Source of the DNA: Saprolegnia diclina VS20
Taxonomy: Eukaryota
NCBI RefSeq assembly: GCF_000281045.1
Contig: NW_008246090.1
Location: 234,863 to 298,862, forward strand
Direction: 5' to 3'
Length of the DNA stretch: 64,000 bases
Shown here: positions 58,936 through 64,000 of the stretch, piece by piece
How the letters are laid out: every line of letters begins with the position of its first letter
How positions within the stretch are numbered: position 1 is the first letter of the stretch
Notes under the pieces: generated by a model
The model's database searches: none
The model's input: the letters and a program-made list of their open reading frames with translations, nothing else
Told to the model about the DNA's origin: nothing
Program-made: the position numbers and the translations under genes

Positions 58936-60497
58936 ATGGGGCTCGAGACGTTCGACCTCGAGGCCGTCGCGTCCAAGTACGCGGGCGTCAACCGCGTCCG
59001 CCACCTCCTGTTCATCGTCGAGTATGGCAAGACGTGCGTCCTGGACCCCGAGAGCAAGCGCGGTACGGCCATGTGCTCGGCGAAATGAAGGCTAATTCTG
59101 CTTCTTCCTGGCTGTCTAGCGGTGTGTCTCCAGTACGCCAAGGATGCGCTGCGCATGCTCCTCGCCGAGCTCGAGACGACCAAGACGGCGGCCAACACGA
59201 CCTTGTACCGCGAGCTCACAACCAAGTACGCCGACTTGCTCCCGCTCGACTTCAAGGTGGACGCGGCGTTTGTGGACGCGGCGACGCGTGCCAACAACAG
59301 CCGCCACGAGCGCCTCGAGCAAGAGCTCAACTCGTACAAGTCGAGCTTGATCAAGGAAAGCATTCGCGTACGTTATCCTCCTCCTTCTCCTTCGTTGGCG
59401 TCGTCCTCATGCGATGCGTCATGTAGATTGGCCACAACGATCTCGGCGAGTTTTACTACCGCATGGGCGACCTCCCGTCGGCGTTGCGCAGCTTTGCCCA
59501 GGCGCGCGACTACTGCACGTCCGACAAGCACATTTCTGAGATGTGTTTCAACGTCATTCGCGTACGTCCATGGCTCGTCGTACGACCTCGTCATGCTCGC
59601 ATCTAGGCGTCGGTGCACCTCAAGAACTTTGGCAACGTGACCAACTACCTCATCAAGCTCGAGCAGTCGGCCGTCGAGAGCGACGCCATGTACGTGCCAT
59701 CCATCCTCCTATGCAAGCAGGCTCACGCGATGCTAGTTTTGCCACCAAGATCGCTGCGACGCATGGCCTCGTGCACCTCACCAACAAAAAGTACCACACC
59801 GCAGCGCTCAAGTTTACGTCCTGCAACGTCGAGATTGGCTCGACCTTCAACGAGGTGCTGCATGCCGAAGACATTGCGCTCTTTGGCGGTCTCTGCGCAC
59901 TCGCCACGTTTGACCGCAACGAGCTCCGCGACAAGGTGCGCCTCCCCACGCTTACGCCGAGGATGCTTACGCCGCTTCTCTCTATATCTGTAGGTCATTC
60001 AGAGCCCGTCGTTCAAGGCGTTCCTCGAACTTGTGCCCCGCCTCCGCGAAATGATCCATGCATTCTACAGCAGCCAGTACGCTTCGTGCTTGCGCACGCT
60101 TGGCGAGATGCAGGAGGAGTGGGCGCTCGACATGAACCTCTCAAACCACGTCGGCGAGCTCGCCAAGGAGATCCGCCACCGGGCGATCGTCCAGTACTTC
60201 TTCCCGTACCTCTCGGTCGACATGCGGGAGATGGCCGACACCTTCAACACGACGCCGGACGCGCTTGAAGACGAGCTGCGCGACTTAATCCTGCGCGGCA
60301 AGATCCACGCGCGCATCGACAGCCACAACATGGTGCTCCTCGCCCACGAGGCCGATGTGCGCGCCAAGGCGTATGCGAACGCGCTCGCGGTCGGCCGCCA
60401 GTACACGGCCGACACCAAGGCCGCGCTCTTCCGCATGAATTTGATCAAGAACAACATGGTGGTGGGCGCCAACGACGGCGACGCGACGCTCGGCTAA
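58936..60497 (+). CDS. CSN1: COP9 signalosome subunit 1 (CSN1/GPS1), multi-exon
   Basis: FDLEAVASKYAG, RLEQELNSYKSSLIKESIR, ARDYCTS, DIALFGGLCALATFDRNEL, FKAFLELVP and the PCI domain IRHRAIVQYF.PY...IHARIDSHN. Confidence 0.93.
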
Positions 60498-60658
60498 GGA
60501 CCGGTAGTGACCCCATGGAAACCCATCCTCCCGCTCTTCTCCCATCAATATGCATTCCAGGCCTTGCATGCCCAAATTCACGAGGTAGACAGGACATGTT
60601 GGAGGAAGCGGAATTGGTAGCATAACGGTGGTGTAACGGGCAGGAGGGCTGAACAATC

Positions 60659-63165
60659 ATGGACGACGACGTGGCCGAGGAGCGACTCCTCGAGACCGTC
60701 CAGCGCGACCTCACGGCGCACGCAGCGGCCGTCCGCGTGGTCCTGACGCGGTTGGCCGAGCGCATCTTGGCCCTCGAGGAGCTCGTGGAGGGCCCGCTGG
60801 GCAAGCTCCCACACGTTGTCGACGCGCTCGACGCGCGCGTGACGGCAATGGGGTCGTCGCTCGAAGTCGCAATCGACGACACGCGCAGTGCGATACCGGA
60901 CTACAGCGACCGGTTTGAAGTGCTCGACAAGCAGGTGGCGGGCCTCGCCGAGAGCGCCGGCGACATGCACGCCGTCGCCATGATGCAGGTCTCGCGCATC
61001 GCGTCCGAGACGGCCGGCGTCAAGAGCCTCATCGGGACGCTCAACGAAGCCCAGCGCCGCGCGACCGTGGCGATCCACGACGCGATCCAGGGCGCGGTCG
61101 AAAACATCCAAATCGTACGCCTTCGCTGGAGCGGAAGTGCGCTAAGTACCTCGGCGTAGGCCCGGGGCGCCGACAAGGAAGAGGTCATGGAGAACATTGC
61201 GGTCGTCCAAAAGACGTTTGCGGCCCAAGTCGAAGGTACATGCTTCGACATCTTTATCGAGATGGATGCGATTATGGGACGAGGTAGACATTTACAAGCA
61301 CGTGGACGACGTCATGGCCAAACCGCCGCCGGTGGTCGTCTTGCAAGCAGCGCCCGAGCCACCGCGCCCGACGACGCCGATTCGCCGCGTCGAGCCCGTC
61401 GTCATTGCCTTCTCGCCCGAGAGGCCAGCAACACCCGCATCAACGCCAACACCCGCACCGACGCCGACCCCGACACCCGCACCGACACCGACGCTCAAAC
61501 CGACACTGACGCCCAAGCCAGTGTCCCGCCCGGCGACGCCGGCGACCGTCGAGCATGAAGTCGAGTCGCCAGAGAAGAAGCCCGTGTCGGTACCGCCGTC
61601 CAGCAAAATTCCCGTCGTCATCCACGCCCGGCGGCGGGAAAAGGAGACGCGGCCGCCGGCGTCCATGACAGACCTACCGCCGTACGCGCTCCCGCCAGAC
61701 ATGAAGCACAAGATCGAGCACAACGTGCGCGCGACGCTGGATCCGCCAACTCCACTGCCGATACCACCGGTGGTCGCTGCGCCGACGACAGTGCTCGTGC
61801 CCACACACGCACCAGCAATAGCAGCAACGAGTCTTGTCCTATCCCACGGGACACCAGACGGGCCAGGCGTCCCAGGGGAGTTCAAGGCGCAGCTACATGC
61901 GTGCCAGAGTAGCGTCGAGATGGTGTGCAGCTTGCTCGAGGTCACACGCAGCCAGGTAGACGTGTCGGAACGGTCCCCGAAATGTATCAATCTATCAGGT
62001 CAAAATGCGCCAAGACGAGAGCGACGCGGCGATGGCCCGTGAGGTGCACGCGCTGCGCGCCAAGATCAAGAAAGTGCGCGACGAGTTCCACCACATTTTG
62101 CCGCTGCTCAAGCCGATGCTGTATGACTCCGACCTGCTCGCGACGCCAGGTCGTCAACATGCAAAATGACAGGGCGGAACGTCATGAGCGTAGAGTTGGA
62201 GCTCGGGCACATTCCGTCCTTGCGCACGGCACTCTTGGAGCTCTCGCGCAACCTCAACGTCGTGCGGCAGACGCGCAAGCACATGAGCATGGACATGCGC
62301 CGGACCATCGACAAGATCATCGACGTCATCAACGACGCCTACCACACCACGGCGGCGGGCCCGATCGACGACATGACCGTATCCTCCATCTTGACGTACG
62401 CGGGATACGATAAGAATGGATCTAGGTCCTGGCGCGACAAGTCGACAGGGTCGCCCGCGCGCTTGCGTTTGGCATCCAGTCGACCGTTGGCGTGCTCACG
62501 ACCGTCGACGCGGTCTCGACACGCGAGGTGGCGACAGCGATCGAGTCGTTCTCCGAAATCCTCACTGAGGGGCTTCACGACGGCAGCAGCGCCGAGATGC
62601 TTCGGCAACACGTCTCGGCCCTTACGTCCGAGCTACACGAGGCCAAGCACGAGCTTCGCGCCGCCATCTTGTCGCTGCAACACCGCCTCGAAGTCGCTCC
62701 ATTCTGTTCAACCCGAGTCCTCATCCGTCGGACGTAGGAGCCGCGGAGCAGCGAGAAGACGCTCAAGGCAGTGCACTCGCGGCACGAGATCAACGACCGC
62801 GGGAAAGCTGTGCTCATGCTCGAGCACGAGGTGAGCGCGCTCCGGGCGCAAATGGACGCGCGCGACGAGACACTGCGGCGACTCATGCAGGACCTCGATG
62901 GCAAGGCCGACAAGCGGCAGCTCACTCGGTGCCTTCTGCCCTCCTAGGATTTGCATCGAATGATGGCAAGAATAGACTGCTTCATCCCGAGGTAGCTGAG
63001 CTCACCAAGGTCCGCAAGCTGCCGCACGCGACCAAGCCCAAGCCAAAACCCCTCTCGACGGGCGTCCTGCGAAAAGCCCCGGCGCTCTCGGCCCTCTTTG
63101 TGGAGAACTCCAAGGCACCGGACAACGAGTCGCTCGCCCGGTCCAGTCCGGTCTCGCGCGAATAG
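60659..63165 (+). CDS. Hypothetical coiled-coil protein with a central Pro/Thr-rich linker, multi-exon
   Basis: Successive coding-like plus-strand exons show heptad-like Leu/Val/Glu/Arg composition. A TPAPTPTPTPAPTPT repeat lies near 61430-61515. Confidence 0.6.
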
Positions 63166-63226
63166 TTGTCGTAGACAGTAGAAATATTACAATATATATA
63201 GCGTTAATTAGAGGGGGATTTTGTGG

Positions 63227-64000
63227 TTAGGGCAACGGCTCCGAGGCGTCGCCGACGCGGCGCAGATGCAAGTAGGCGTCCGTGCCATACCCTTCCATCG
63301 AGATGATTTGGAGATCACCGCCAAAGTACCGCGTGAGAAGGCGGCTGATCGGGAGGCCGTACCCGAGACCGGCGAGGGGCGACTCGCCGCCAAAGTCCAT
63401 CGGCATCGACTCGCCGACCATCGAGTCAAAGGCTTGCGAGTTGGCGGTCGTGTACATGTAGCTCCAGATGCGCGGGAGGGCCGAGCGCGGAATACCGCCG
63501 CCTTCGTCCGAGATCTTGAGGCTCACGTCTTCGTTCTGGTCTCCGTCGGCGACAATGAGCTTGATCGCGGGCAAGGCGTTGTCGACGCCGTGGAACTCGA
63601 CGACCGCACGCATCGAGTTCTTCATGACCTCGAAGAGCATGTGGTGCAAATGACTTGGCACATACGGCATGGTGAAGTTGCAGTCACCATGCAGCTCGAC
63701 GTCCGGCGCGTCGCCATATTGTCGGATGCACATGTGTCGGGCCATGTCGACGGCCGCGAGCGCGACCTCGGCCGGCGACGTCGCTTCGCAGATGCAGCCG
63801 ACCCAGCCGTCTTCCTTCTCGTGGAGCGCAATGTGCTGGCCCATGAGCATGCGGATGCCAATGCGACTGAGGTAGAAGCCATCCAGGAACGAGTGCAAGT
63901 CGATCATGTCGGCCATGGAAATACCGAGGTCGCCCTTGGCCTCGGCGGCGCTCATGGCCTGCTTGAGCTCGTGCACGCCGCGGGCCATCGTAAAGAGCGT
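63227..64000 (-). CDS. PDK: Pyruvate dehydrogenase kinase (mitochondrial BCKDK/PDK family), 5' part outside the window
   Basis: FLDGFYLSRIGIRMLMGQH, YVPSHLHHMLFEVMKNSMRAV, KISDEGGGIPR, LAGLGYGLPISRL and SMEGYGTDAYL. Confidence 0.95.
   Translation of the reverse strand, partial: TLFTMARGVHELKQAMSAAEAKGDLGISMADMIDLHSFLDGFYLSRIGIRMLMGQHIALHEKEDGWVGCICEATSPAEVALAAVDMARHMCIRQYGDAPDVELHGDCNFTMPYVPSHLHHMLFEVMKNSMRAVVEFHGVDNALPAIKLIVADGDQNEDVSLKISDEGGGIPRSALPRIWSYMYTTANSQAFDSMVGESMPMDFGGESPLAGLGYGLPISRLLTRYFGGDLQIISMEGYGTDAYLHLRRVGDASEPLP

Overview
This is a gene-dense, GC-rich eukaryotic window, most likely from an oomycete of the Saprolegniales. That assignment is inferred from very short (~40-65 nt) GT-AG introns, an oomycete-type Inr/FPR core promoter, flagellar genes and GC3-rich codons. 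About 30 tightly packed protein-coding genes can be reconstructed, many in head-to-head pairs on short CCAAT-containing promoters. Recognisable genes: MIC10, mitochondrial L9, CFAP46, NMD3, RPB12, UTP6, ALDH12-type P5C dehydrogenase, GDP-mannose pyrophosphorylase, a divergent SEC31, a UFD1-zinc-finger protein, a prokaryote-type M24 peptidase, RPS25, an AAAP transporter, a DHHC palmitoyltransferase, PCNA, a PX-RING protein, a sulfotransferase, an LRR/EF-hand protein, Bax inhibitor-1, a class III aminotransferase, PurH/ATIC, CK1, CSN1 and a partial PDK, plus several hypothetical genes. No rRNA, tRNA, CRISPR array or intact transposon was recognised. The most interesting unexplained signals are: (1) a 61-aa acidic micro-ORF with tandem PKA pseudosubstrate motifs (PKI-like); (2) a recurrent promoter element KTATCCGGAC, usually paired, within ~160 bp of five start codons; (3) an intronless gene whose C-terminal domain resembles polymorphic-toxin RNase tips; (4) HGT or chimera candidates (M24 peptidase, sulfotransferase, PurH); and (5) a run of consecutive hairpins divergent from purH. 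CDS coordinates span first to last codon and include introns. All family assignments come from recalled motifs, not database searches.
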